Assembly: GCA_040954595.2 (NCBI GenBank)
Contig: CM082592.2
Location: forward strand, 5,041,672 to 5,105,671
Source: Balanoglossus misakiensis
Lineage: Eukaryota > Animalia > Hemichordata
Length of the DNA stretch: 64,000 nucleotides
Direction: 5' to 3'
Shown here: piece by piece, positions 13,777-26,444 of the stretch
Layout of the letters: every line of letters starts with the position of its first letter
Numbering within the stretch: position 1 is the stretch's first letter
Notes under the pieces: model-generated
Told to the model about the DNA's origin: nothing
Database searches by the model: none
What the model saw: the letters and a program-made list of their open reading frames with translations, nothing else
Program-made: the position numbers and the translations under genes

Positions 13777-16700
13777 CGTGCAGTTCTACGTTCTTGACTA
13801 GACAGGCTAGGAACAATTTCGCAAATTCACAGCTGAATATTTTCCCTCCCGAAATACCAATGTCAGCAAAATCGCAGCAAACAAACCGAACCACCGGCCA
13901 TTGTGCCGTGTCACGAAATTCTGTAGGAATAGCCGATTGTCGGCGGGTTGATTATTGTGCGCGGCAAGTGAAAGAAAACACAGCCAACTTCCCGAAGGGA
14001 GATGAGAAATGCGTGTCTCAGGAGTGCAATCTGTATTTTGGCCAAGAATGTGTGAGTGAAGGTGTCAGAATATTTAGCAACATGCCTACGAGTCCTTTAC
14101 TGTTCTTGAAACCATTACCTGCATGGTTTGTGCAAGTGGTCTTTAGCACTTCTCTCTTATTGGCTGAAATTTGTGTCGTGTGGCGTGACGTCACGTCTGC
14201 CATTTGTGTGTTTTGAGGTGACGGCGAACCTTTTCAATCATACAATAGGACGACAGGTCGCATATTAACACTTTGTTTTGACGCCAGCATCTTGATTTTG
14301 CGTGCGAGTACCACGCCTCATAATTATCCAGTTACGCATCGGAAGGCGAAACTCTCCCAGCGCCCATATACCGACACTGCAGCTGCCGTAGAACTTTAAT
14401 CAACGCGTTAAATTTCAAATTTCACTGTTCACACGACCGACGAGTGTGTATGTACGGTTCACTGGTACTTTCAACTAATTGTGTCAAATCTCGTTTGTGA
14501 ATATCGGTAAGAGTCTGATTAATACGAGTGAGCTGAAAGGCGAGCCGAATACACGTGTACTGATTATCCGATGACAAAGTGTATCACGATTCGCACTGGT
14601 GTACCCAGACCTTTACTTATCCTTTACATGGTGAATACACAACCGTTCATTTTAATACATCAGCCCATTTTTCTAAGCCAATCAATTATTGAGACGTTCA
14701 AGCAAAAACAAGCCGTCATCACTTTTGTCGACTATCCGATCCATCAATGCATCTTGTCAATCAACCGTCCCAGCATAGCACGACAGCATCTCTCCATCAA
14801 GCTGTCGTCCAGGATATCAATCAGGGTCCAGTATTGGCTGAGTCAGTGAAACAAATACGCTCCCAGATCAGCTATTTGCACGATGTATTGGCGTTCGCTG
14901 TGGGGTATACCGAAGATGAGTAGGGATATCTCGAGGGGGTGTTTTTTTTTTGCTAGGCCAACGATCCCTTCCAGAGAACTATCGCGTGGCATGTTTTCAA
15001 GGGAATATGCAGACAAAGGGAAGGGTCGCCCTCACGAGTGAGACACATTGTGTCATATCACCCTTTTCGCATCGGTGGTAGGTGAGGGGGTAAATAAACC
15101 CGCCATTAATTGCAAGCCAAGTTTGGGAGAAGAAAAACATAAATGAAACCATAGCTGCATCATCGCTGTTGTTGCCTGTCGCCCAGGCATTCCTCGACTC
15201 TTCGTAAGCGTGACGGCTGCGACAAATGCCGAACAGTTGCTGGAGTCCCGGCCCTGGTCAGCGAGTTCCCGTCACCTCTCGTCTGCAAGGGTCAGGACGA
15301 TTCCCATCACCATAAATTACTCCGTACATGATGGCTTTCGGAGATATCGCTCGGTATTCCGTGTATCCACTTCTATCAAACTGTTTGACATTGCTGGAAT
15401 ACCCATGCCCCGAGGCAGTCTTGCGACGTTGTCAATTGTTTGCATTCTTCAACTCGTCTCTCCTGCGCAAGGCACAGATAAGCGCGTTCATGTCAACTCC
15501 CCCCCCCTCGGGAACTCTGTGTCCCAGGTATACAATCATTGAGATACACAGCCATACACCCACCTTACAAAAAGGCAGCTAATTTAGGACCAAGGTACAA
15601 GCTACGCGGTACTGGAGATAATACTTGTTGTGTTGTAACTGTAACAGTCACGTGACACCTGTCAACCATTTTAGCAACAGCGTTGAGTCGCCCAGTGCTA
15701 TACTTGCGCAAACAAAGCCCCATATGGAAATTAAATGAAATGAAAAGAAGTGAAATACAGCCTTCATTACTGAAATGACTTTAAGTTCGCTCTTGAATAT
15801 TAAAATTTAATTTAATGATGGCCAGCGGCATCATTCCACTTTCGAATAATTGCCATGATTAAACGTGCAACATCCACGGTCACAACAAATCACTACAAAG
15901 TCAGTGTTGCGGCCTAAACGCAACGCCCTTCTAAATCTATCAACTTCACTTCATCTGCACCCAATTAATCTTGATTGAGTATTGTCATTTTAATTGATTT
16001 TTTCCATCCCATCTCGACACTCGATAAAATCAGTTTGATAAAGTCAGCATGCCGTCAGCAGTATCATGATGTCGAATGCGAGTCCGATAATCGTGAAGTT
16101 ATTCCTTTTCGACAGACTGACGGTGGTTTGATTGTGTGAACATTGAACTTGACCTCGTTACTGAATAGCATGGGAGCGCGGAAATATGGCTATTGCGTCC
16201 GAGTATTACTTATTCATGCTTTAAACATTCAAAAATGATGGAGAGTGAAGAGCTTGAGAGACTCCAGCTGCTGTGTGAGTCCTCTATTGGCCCGGTGTAT
16301 TGGCACCCGTTTTGTGGTTTGAATTTAAAATGAAGGCTTTGGCTGCATGTGTGTAAGCGATTCTAGAAATCCGACGACTGGTGATCGACAAATTTGATTT
16401 CAACTGACCAGCCGGAATCGGTGAATAGTCATTATTCAGGTATTTCTTGGGGCGGTGTCGTTCTGGTGAATGTACGGGAGAGGCATCTGGTCCGGCCAAC
16501 CGTTGCAGCGAATAAAAAAACACCACCATTGTTCGGTGTTGGATCGCCATCGATTTTTTTTTGGCACCGGTTCGGCCATTGACAGTTGGTGGGAGACTGT
16601 CCAGGATTTGATCAAATCGAAGTGTCTGACATGTTATGGGGAAACAATAGAGAGATTAACATTGTCCAGGCAATAATTGCTCTCTCCGCGTTGGTCTTTC

Positions 16701-19130
16701 GCCTGCAGTCGTTGATCGGATAACTGCTCGCCCCTTTCCTCACAGTTGTCCAGGGGAAAAAAGACCGCTCTGGTTATGTTACGTGAGCAATACAAGAACC
16801 CGTTGTCGGAATACAACGGCCCTTGTTTCTTCAAAGCCACCTTGTTAGCCCATGGGCAGGTGGGGGCCGCTTTGTGATACGGTACCCTCGGCGTTAGTTG
16901 TGTGACATTGTTCTAAGCCGCACTTTCCTATTGTACCGCTGAATATGTACAGAATGTATGTACCTGTTTTGCAATAGCTAACCCAACTTGGATGACAATC
17001 GAAAATAAACGCTTTAATTAAGCGAGGGGTGTAAATTTACCTTTTTCTAATTAAGAAGCATATTCCGATCTCTGGAATCGCTAATGAATAAATTCCACCG
17101 CTCACTCAAATCACGCTGCCGACTGCTGTGTAGTGTGATAGAATCACAACCGCCTATAGCCCAGGGTATAACCGTTACCCCCCCCCAAAAAAAAAAAAAA
17201 ACTGTTTGGGTGACGTTGTTGTGATTCCGTGATTGCTAGCGGTGAAGAGAGAGAGTGAGCCGGACTTTTAATTAGCCCGAGCCACTCTTGATATCCACTG
17301 GTGATTTTATTCTCTTTATGCGCGAGTAATTAGACCAGGGCTTGAATTCCAGGTTGACGCTCTGCTTACAAAATGCTGTGACTGTTGCATCTAAGAATGT
17401 GGAGTTTGAAGCACCGAAATCGACTAGTTGTGCCAATTGATAAACTAACTTCATTTTTTTAATCCACGAGGCTTTTCGTAAATATAACATATCACAGTTA
17501 GTGTCACTGAATATTTGTAGCGTGACGTGAATTAAGACAATCGAAAAAGCTTCACTTCGCGCTCGCACGATTAATGACCATCGTATCGAAGGCACTTTGT
17601 AAGTAACCAGAAGATTAAAGTACGTGTACTATTTTCTGTCACGCTACAATTTATCGTTGCATTTGCCAGCTTTCTAATCTGGAGAGTTATGAGTTATACG
17701 GCAATGTCTACGGATGGCCCATTTGTCAATAACTCAGTAGTAGCCAATACATTCTTCCCGTCACCCTCGTAATGCGGCCACATATAGTATTATTCTATAA
17801 TATCAATTACTACAAAAACTGTAAGACTCATCTGAATAAACGATAGCCTGTACTTGTGTCTCGTAAAATAGCATTGCTTTCATTCTAGATCTAAATTTCT
17901 TCCCCTCTGTCGAATCAATTTCCTAAAAAGTAACATATTCTGGGACGAGGTCGTATGCAAAGTTTGGATTGAGCGGGTTGATAGATAGATGACAATCTTT
18001 CTTCCAGAATTTAGAATAGGGTTGGTGACGAACGAATTTGAACATTATTAGGGCCAGCGAGCCAGATGATCTACTTTAAGACTGTTGCATTCGCCTGTGC
18101 TACCGATGGCGCCTCCGTATAATAACTTCAGAACCGCTGGGCAGTCTCGTTCTGGAAAGTTGACGAGTCCGGGTCTTGATTAATGGCCGACGAAAGTAGG
18201 CGAACGCACACTTAACGATCACATAGACCAAGCGTAAAGATGCTAGCAAGAAAGACGATGCACTCGGTTTCAAATACTAGTAAACAACAACTATCTATGC
18301 AGAAAGTTAAAGATTCGTCTGCTTGTGGTTCATTCCCAAATAGCTTTAATCAGAACCCCACTTGTCGCAGGAGCGAACACACAACCGCAGAATATGCCAA
18401 GCTCATCATACAAGATTTACAGATATTGCAGTCAGAACTGCTGCCTTACTGGCGTCGGCCGATCGACTCGGGCCAAAGTAATTTGTACCGACTCGTCATC
18501 TATTCCGAGGCGCGCGGAGATAACTTTCAAATGACATTCGCACATGTCTGGTAGATGAATCTGGCGAACTGTTCTTTCCGCCAGTATCAGCCGCTAGATG
18601 CCTTCCAGTGTTCGACTGGACTAGAAATACACAGGGCATATACTTTTCGTGCAATCTGTGAATAAGGTAGTGCTAAAAGTAGAAATAATACCTGTTTACA
18701 GAAAAACACTGCCTTACTAATAAACCCAAATACCTCTAGCATTGTCGCACACCTGTGCATGGGTCCTCATTTTAATATCCGTTTTAATTGAAAAGTCGTA
18801 GAACGTTTTATTCTGCACCAGCTGAATTAAAAGCTCATTAAAGTCTTGCTTAAGGTAACCACACAGAACACCAAATCCACCGAAAATAGACGAACGATGC
18901 GTATTCATTAAATGCACGCAATGACAACTAAAATCCTTCGTCGGGGTGGCAAATGCATGCATTACATATAATAGTCGGTGTACAATCCGCCGACTGATCA
19001 GCCGAATTAATTCAGCGGCACACACCAAGTGTTTTAAAAGTCGAGAACAATGTTCTATCTCTGTGAAAGGTCGGGTATGCCACTTCGCGAAGTATCGTGC
19101 TGAGTCGTGGCAATTTTGCTTGATTTACAC

Positions 19131-20372
19131 ATAGACCCTAGAGAAACGGGACAGGAAAGGGCGGCAAACATCAAAGGAAAAGGGGATTAGCCGGTTTTGA
19201 ACCTAAATGGAATAATTACAAAAGGTGTCAATCGGTCGTGGATGGGCGATCGTCAGTGTCCAACACCCCTGACTGCTTTGCAGACGACAAGTAATCTTAG
19301 TGATCTTCGGAATACAATTGTTGTTTGATGCCGGTCGAATCCCGCCGATTTTTGCTGCAATTTTAAACATTATATAACTTAATTTCTTCCAATAATGGTC
19401 TCGAATAAACTTTTAATGTCTTCATTTGAAGACAGACAATTATTGAAAACACTCATGGCCAAGAGATTATTTTTTGGTCGTGATATCTGACTCTGAATTT
19501 TAACCCGAATCGCATATCGTCGCGACGCCGAATATCGTGTTGTAGAAGTCATCGCGGAGATTGTGACCGTTTTTCTGTAAGAAGACAATCCGTCGATCGG
19601 AAATTCTTTAAAATATGAAATCTTCAGCATACAAGAAGTGCTACGATGTGTTTCATTGTTAAACTGTTTGTGTTAATTTTACGTTTGCCGTCAAAAAGAA
19701 CATTGCGTAGTACTTCCGGTTGCGTGTAGTGTAAAATTTCATGCTGCCGATTGGGTCCTTTTTTTACGGAAGATATTCCTTGAATGTCTTAACCTCTTAT
19801 TTTATTGTTGTTACCATGTAATTGTGGGTGTATTGGTGGGGTTTTACGCAGATATTTCACATTCAGTTGAAAGAAAAAAAGAAGTCAACTTGTTTAGTTT
19901 TGAACGCTTTATCACACACACTGCATAGGATACTTCCGGCATTTGCGGTCATGTACTGGTCTAAATACCGCAAATTTCGGCGGCCAGTTGAGGTCGAAAA
20001 TGGTTTTGAGTCTTCTGAACGAGTTTCGTCTTCGCTTACATCGCTATCTGAACACCCATTTGTGTCTTCCTCGGAGAAAACGTCCACAAACTCGTCGTCA
20101 TCGCTGTGGCAGATAGCGACCATTTCTGTCAGTGCTGGTGGTGTAAACAATCCAGGCTGTTCACGTCTCATGAAATCTCGAGAAATGCGTGATTTGGGGT
20201 GTTTCGCATGATCTCGTCTCGTGTTTCGCGGGATTTCGCGTTATTCAGGCCGTAAATGGGATTAGATAAGCGGGCGGAGTCCAACACCTGTGCAAACACT
20301 AGTTAATGTATTCCAACCAAGAGGCTACAAAGAAAGAGGCGTTGTTTCCTGTCCTTTTTCTCTAGGGTCTAT
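19131..20372. mobile_element. Non-autonomous TIR DNA transposon (about 1.24 kb), Mutator-like or P-like
   Basis: 28-bp TIRs at 19131-19158 (ATAGACCCTAGAGAAACGGGACAGGAAA) and 20345-20372 (reverse complement ATAGACCCTAGAGAAAAAGGACAGGAAA), 26/28 identical. Flanking direct repeat GATTTACAC at 19122-19130 and 20373-20381. Confidence 0.88.
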
Positions 20373-23300
20373 GATTTACACAAAGGTGGCCTTTAATCGT
20401 AATATACCTGTACCCTTGTTTTAGAGTCGTCGGGGGGGGGGGGGGCTTGTACATTTCATTGTTATTGCGCGGTGAGTCTGAATTGAAGGCCGCGATAGTC
20501 TTTTTAAGTGTGTTACCACCATTTTAAGTAGGTGTTGTTGACATCGTGCCATGAAAACGAAACCCGAGTAACCATGAACAGCCGAGACGCACCTTTGCGA
20601 TAAATACGGCAGAGCCGGAAAGGTCACGTGGAGGCGCTTAATGCGCTAAGATCTTTCATGCACCCACCATTACGCAACAAGCGCCATTTTCCCCCTGGCC
20701 CCGTGCGTGATTGGCTGGATTGACTCCACGTGACGGCCCCTAAAACCGCAAACAGGCCATAAACAGGTGCCCTTTAATCGACACTCTTTATCGCAGGTAG
20801 TGGCCATTTGTTTTTAACTCCAAATGTAAAACTCGCGGTGGTGTAAAGTTGTGGTCCGATGCGAATCGATTTTCACATTTTTGAATTAGACGGCCTTCTC
20901 TGAGTCAGCGTTGCCTCAAATTACCCACCGCCGACGTGTCCAAATGTTTGTCAGAAAACTGAACCTCCTCGATAAATTCTTCAGGAAATTTTGACTGTTA
21001 TTGTCGCAGCATCTCGCTGATTACCAGAATGCTTGCCATTCTCGCATCTGCGAAAGTGATCGCAGTTCCACGGGAGAGAGCAGCGGTCTGTAGACGCCAG
21101 CCCAATTTGTTAGCGGGTCTTAAAGCTATAAAATTTCAACGGTGGAAATTTATTACTGGGTATAAATAGAAAATAGACCGAGGGGGCCTCATTTGCGAAT
21201 CTTCCTGAAAGGAGATAATTTTACGTAAAGAGAATATTAAAGAAAGCAGTTGATACTGACCCATTTATCGCCCTCCATTATGGCCGCTAATTCATTTCGC
21301 ATCTGACACAAAAACGCTTTTGGATCGAAGTTTTTTTATTAAAGTGAGGGCACCGACTCTTTGCGCTGCGGCTGGATAATGGAATAACGCGAAGTGGGAA
21401 CTTGAGAGATGCGAAATATCGTCGCATAACTTGACCGGGTGTTTTTTTCTATGGCTGTGTGACAAGCTCCGAAAATTCCAGGACTTGTCGACGCGAAATG
21501 TGTCGCATTCCAGTCGTCATGGCGGGTGTGAATGAGGAACTTTACGAGGTGTCACGTTATGTGTGAGTGTTTTCCCCGTATCATCGCTTCTCAAAAACAA
21601 AAACAACAACGACAACAGGAAATATCATTACACCACTAGCGATACGTGATGTTTTTCACGATTAGACATCTATTGGCGTGGTTTAAAATAAATGCGTGAG
21701 GTTATTTTTCGCTTGTTATATTGCAAGTGCACGTGAAATGACTGGCCGCAAGAAATATAGTTTGGAGATAGTTTTTTTATTATTACGCGTACTGACTTTC
21801 TCAGTTTGAAGTTGATTGAACGCTTTGAATAGAATTTTACCTGCTAGCCATTTCTGACCTGAGAACCAACCAGTTTTTATAAATAAACCATGTAAATAAA
21901 CCATGACGACCGCGGTTCACCGCTGTTAATACGTTTTCTCAGCGTTTCCAAAGTGTTGGTAATAACAATCGGCGTAAGGAGATATTCCGAGAGATTCATT
22001 TTGACTCACGTGTGCCACCATGTCATAATGTTCACAGGAATCAAACGCAAAATGACGCATCCAACATGCTTATGTACTCTAGGATTGAAGTAATATGTGA
22101 CTTGTTTGACTTGTAAGGAAATGATGTGTATTTCGGCAAATTGCAGATTCACAGAATATACTGAAGAGCTATTAACAAAGTATATTCACTATAGATGAAT
22201 AGATCTCTATTAACATTCTGAAGTGACCATAGGCATAACATTGGAAAATTGAAAATTAGTTCTACCAATCGCTTAATGCATTCTGTAGAAACAAGAATTC
22301 GTTTCTGGTGCTTCAAATTACTGTTTCAATGATTCACCGTGTGACATGCAGATGCACTGTTTGCATCAATGTGATCTCTGTATAAGCTAAAACGTATAAT
22401 CCCATCCCATCTAATCCAGTTTGACCTGACTTCCATGCCGAATGTACCCGTTTCAGTTGACCATCTCAACTTCTTTAATACTGTCGAAAATTAATCCATG
22501 AACACTGACCGAAGTCGTGATTATATTAATAACCAGCGAATGGAGACGGTTGGTTGAGGTCAGTTGTATACGTGCGCGGTGCTGTGTTGTGCCAATTGAT
22601 AGTTTGAAATTTAATTGGTAACGTTAAATTATTTTAATTTTAATTTTTAAAATGACATAGAACGTATCACCTTCACTCGGTCAGTAGTCCCCTCCGACGC
22701 AATCGGGGTGGGGGAGAGCTTGAGGATTGAGCACAACTCGTCTGTCTGTCCGAACTATTACCTATAAACATGGTTGTACTTGTTCCATCGGAAATCCGTA
22801 CAAGCACATACATGTGTACGTCAACATGTGTTGTGGCCAATCAGGCTGCCGGGCGGCCATTTTGATGAAAATTTCTTTGACTGGTTTCTTCGCAAACGGC
22901 CACTTTTTTTAACCGGTTTGATCAAACAGGGACTGTGACATTGATAATAACTCGTTCTCTGGTATCAACGATACGTCATGGGTGACTGTTATTTCTGTAA
23001 CTTGTTTCCAACTTAAACAGTACTTTGCGTGTTTGACACGCACTTTCACTTGTCAGCTTTTTAGACTCATTCACTCAGGCGTCCTCGTGACTGTCTGAAA
23101 GCAACATTCACGAGTTCGGCACGAATTTATTGAAAGTTTACACGACACCTCACAATTTCTGCATTTTAAGACAACGCAACCTGCCACGCAAAATGACGAC
23201 AAAACCAGAAAAACGCAAAAACGGATCAAAGCAAGCCACGGCATCGATTCCCGTTTCTTCTGTCCTTTTTAATAACTGTGAACGAATTTGTTCATTTCAG

Positions 23301-24111
23301 TCATCACCTAATTAAATTTACCGAAGGTTGATTTAATTAACCGAAGTATTAATTTCCTTCCAGGGGCGTTCCCCGAGCCGTCATAATTTTACGTCCAAAC
23401 AAAAATTCAAAGACCAGGCATGTCGCCAGGAAGCGTTCCAATTACCTTTTCCATCAGCCCAGTCCAAGGATATGTTTTACCGATCAGAATAAAAATTCCG
23501 AGGCGAAAAAACAAAGCGATTTATCAATCATGGTGCGTCTGCTTATTCAGATGCTGCCATAAATTAACGCCGGTCGCCATTCCGTGCAGCATAGGGTCAG
23601 GGGGACCCCGTGACCTTGATTAATTGCAGTTTTTACCTCACTTCCGCTAATGACCCTTGCTTCCTGTTATCTTTCGTCGAATCGCATGATGGATTTCGTC
23701 ATCCGTCATCTCGGGCTAATAGCCCCGGTAATTGATGACAAATCGGTGACAGCGTATAGGCCGACGTACATGACGTCAGCGCTCGGAGCGGCGTGTATAC
23801 CTGTTCAACGCTTATGCGTTATTTCGACCGTTTTTCCCGGAGGTTCTACGGGCTAAGCTCGTCACATTTCTCCCCGTACTAAAATTATTATATTAATTTG
23901 GTATGGCGGTCTAATGAAAATGACGTCATAGCACCAAGCGAAATGTAATCACCATCAGAGCTAAACAATGGATACCAGTTAATAAATTAATTATGGTGGT
24001 AGGGTCGTAATGGAATAATTAGCCGCAACCAATATTTATGAAAGGGAGCAATCGAACCGGTTGCTGCAGTGACCATAGATTAAATAATGACCGAAGCTAC
24101 TCAACCAGACA

Positions 24112-24168
24112 GTGAGTCAGTGTGTCAGTCAGTCAGTTAATCAATCAATCAATCAGTCAATCAGTCAG

Positions 24169-24208
<40 letters not shown>

Positions 24209-24292
24209 CCAGTCAACCAGTCACTCGATCAATCATAGATAGATAGAGAGAGAGATAGAGAGATAGATAGAGATAGATAGAGATGTATGTAT
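24112..24292. repeat. Compound (TCAG/TCAA/AGAT/AG)n microsatellite
   Basis: Adjacent tetra- and dinucleotide runs. Confidence 0.9.
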
Positions 24293-24590
24293 GGTGCGTA
24301 TAGAAAATTTTATTCTATTTAGAAAACTAATTGATGTATGTTACTAGTAATGCCACCGTCCACGTCAGATATATTGCTGTATCTTCCAGAATATATTCCA
24401 CATAGTCCATTATTCTGTCCTGTCCCATTCCTTCCGGTAAACGAGTCACGGAATTAATTTGACGTGACTCTAAAGAAGTGGGAATGATATTTCCTCTAAA
24501 GGTTGCAACTCGAGGGAGTCGACGCAAAATATTGGGCATGCGTACGGCAAGAGAAAGACGATCATATTTTACGCTATTAAGATAGCACAG

Positions 24591-24600
24591 GCGCATGCGC
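24591..24600. promoter_or_regulatory. NRF1-like palindrome GCGCATGCGC in the putative promoter of nAChR gene 1
   Basis: Match to the NRF1 core GCGCATGCGC about 220 bp upstream of the exon-1 ATG. Function is inferred only. Confidence 0.35.
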
Positions 24601-24822
24601 CGCCGTCGTATATTTGATACTATACTTTAAGTGAGAGTCGAACAGCATCGCGATGATTCGGGCCTCATGATTCGTTCGACTGAGGCACATCGGGGGTTGG
24701 AAGAAATTTGTGCGCTATTAAGTCAGCCATCGACGCTGTCCATAGTGATAATCAAAACTTCTACCATCGGTACACATCCACTTGCCTTTTTGGAACTGTA
24801 CTCAGTCGCACACTGCAACTCC

Positions 24823-24874
24823 ATGTACCGGACAGAAATTATCGTCCTGTTACTTTTCTTCGTCGGAACCCCCG
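24823..24874 (+). CDS. nAChR gene 1, putative exon 1 (signal peptide [17 protein letters not shown])
   Basis: ATG followed by a hydrophobic core, ending in a phase-1 consensus donor G|GTAAGT that fits phase-1 exon 2 (giving ...[15 protein letters not shown]). An NRF1-like motif lies about 220 bp upstream. Confidence 0.75.
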
Positions 24875-26413
24875 GTAAGTAGCAGCCGTGTGTGTACAGT
24901 AGTCGGTCTGTCTCACGTAATCCCCCCTCTGTTACATAAAACCACAGCGAGTGTAGACACACGTATTTCTTTACTCGGCGATATTTCACCAGGCAAAGTC
25001 TTCTTTATATTTATCGCTCCCAGACTCGAGTTAACCGTCCAGTTAAGGCTTACGTCGGTCATATACCATGACGTGGACACACAGGGTTTCACCAAGGTTC
25101 AGCGACCTGTGTTGTGTAGTAGTGTTATGGACTATCTAAGCATAGACATGCCACTAAACTGAAGACGATCGTAGATACTTATATCACACATGCAATATTT
25201 TGTCATCTGGCCTATATATACCACCCAAGTTCACACAAGTCGAGCAAATATTCCAAAACACGACTTGATTTTAAATTACCACTCAGAAATTAGGCGCTGG
25301 AAAAATAATCTCATATACTGCCAGTTGTACTTATAGTCGTATAATTACAATAACAATATTTGCGTTTGCCAATCCCCGCCACCTCCATCGATTTTTGTGA
25401 ACATATCAATCGCTTATGTTTGGGACGTGGGGCAAATTGCAGTTTTAGATTTGGGATTTATTTTTATGTAGTGGTTGACTTTCGATATTCGTTGGTTATT
25501 TTGTACATTCTGTTGGACTGGAAAATCTTTTTGGGGTGCGGTCCTTGGATCGAGACAAGGGAGGTGGAGGGGTACATGCTGATGTACTGACTTTGGAGAG
25601 GGTAGTCAGATTGGTGTTTGGGAAACGAAATGAAAATGATCCTCACTCGATCCTCGCGCTGAAAAGGTTGAATGAATCGGAACGCGGGGAGCTTAACGTT
25701 TATTTCCTCTTGTAAGAGAAGTACGGTTGAAATCGACACAAACACATGCACGCACATAAAATGAGACAATCAACTATGATTGCGAGGACCGGAGTTAATT
25801 TTCCCGCAGTGACATAAATCCTGGTCAGGTAAGCCCCACGGCGTGCTTGGCATGCGTTAAATTGAGAGAGAGAGAGAGAGAAAAAAGACGGTCTTGTTAT
25901 TTTACCGCGACCTCCGAGCGAGGAGTGATTTTGAGGCTGTTAAACGCGACTGACCAAATGTCAGAGAATAAACACGCTAATAGCACCGTAAAGCCCGACC
26001 GATTATACACTTAGTCATATCGGCGAGGACCTTTTACAAAAATAATTTCCTGCCGATGATGTTTATGCGTGCCAGGAGCACCCTTTGCATTTTAGCGGCG
26101 GGATTTGTAATCCGTGTATAGGAAAGAGCAAATCGCTGTACAGTGGATTCCGTTTTAATCGATTGGTCGAGGGCGTAATCGTCAATAACTACTTCCTGTG
26201 GTGAGCGAAGGAGACCACGAGCTGAAGCGAATCATTCATCGAGTTGTCTGGATGTAGCGTAATCATACATAGTCAATTAAGAGCGAGCGAGACGGAGCGT
26301 TCTAGAGTCCGAGATAGACAGATAAGAGCAGGCGAGACTCCAGGAAGATGAAAACAAGGAGACAAACGACAGATAGGAGGATGGATTGATTGATGGATGG
26401 GTCGATAGATAGA

Positions 26414-26444
<31 letters not shown>

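Noticed and set aside
12657-18660. Minus-strand acceptor-like sites at about 12857 and 18654 followed by GC-balanced sequence
   Set aside because: The frames close quickly or give no recognisable protein, and no consistent exon chain could be built.
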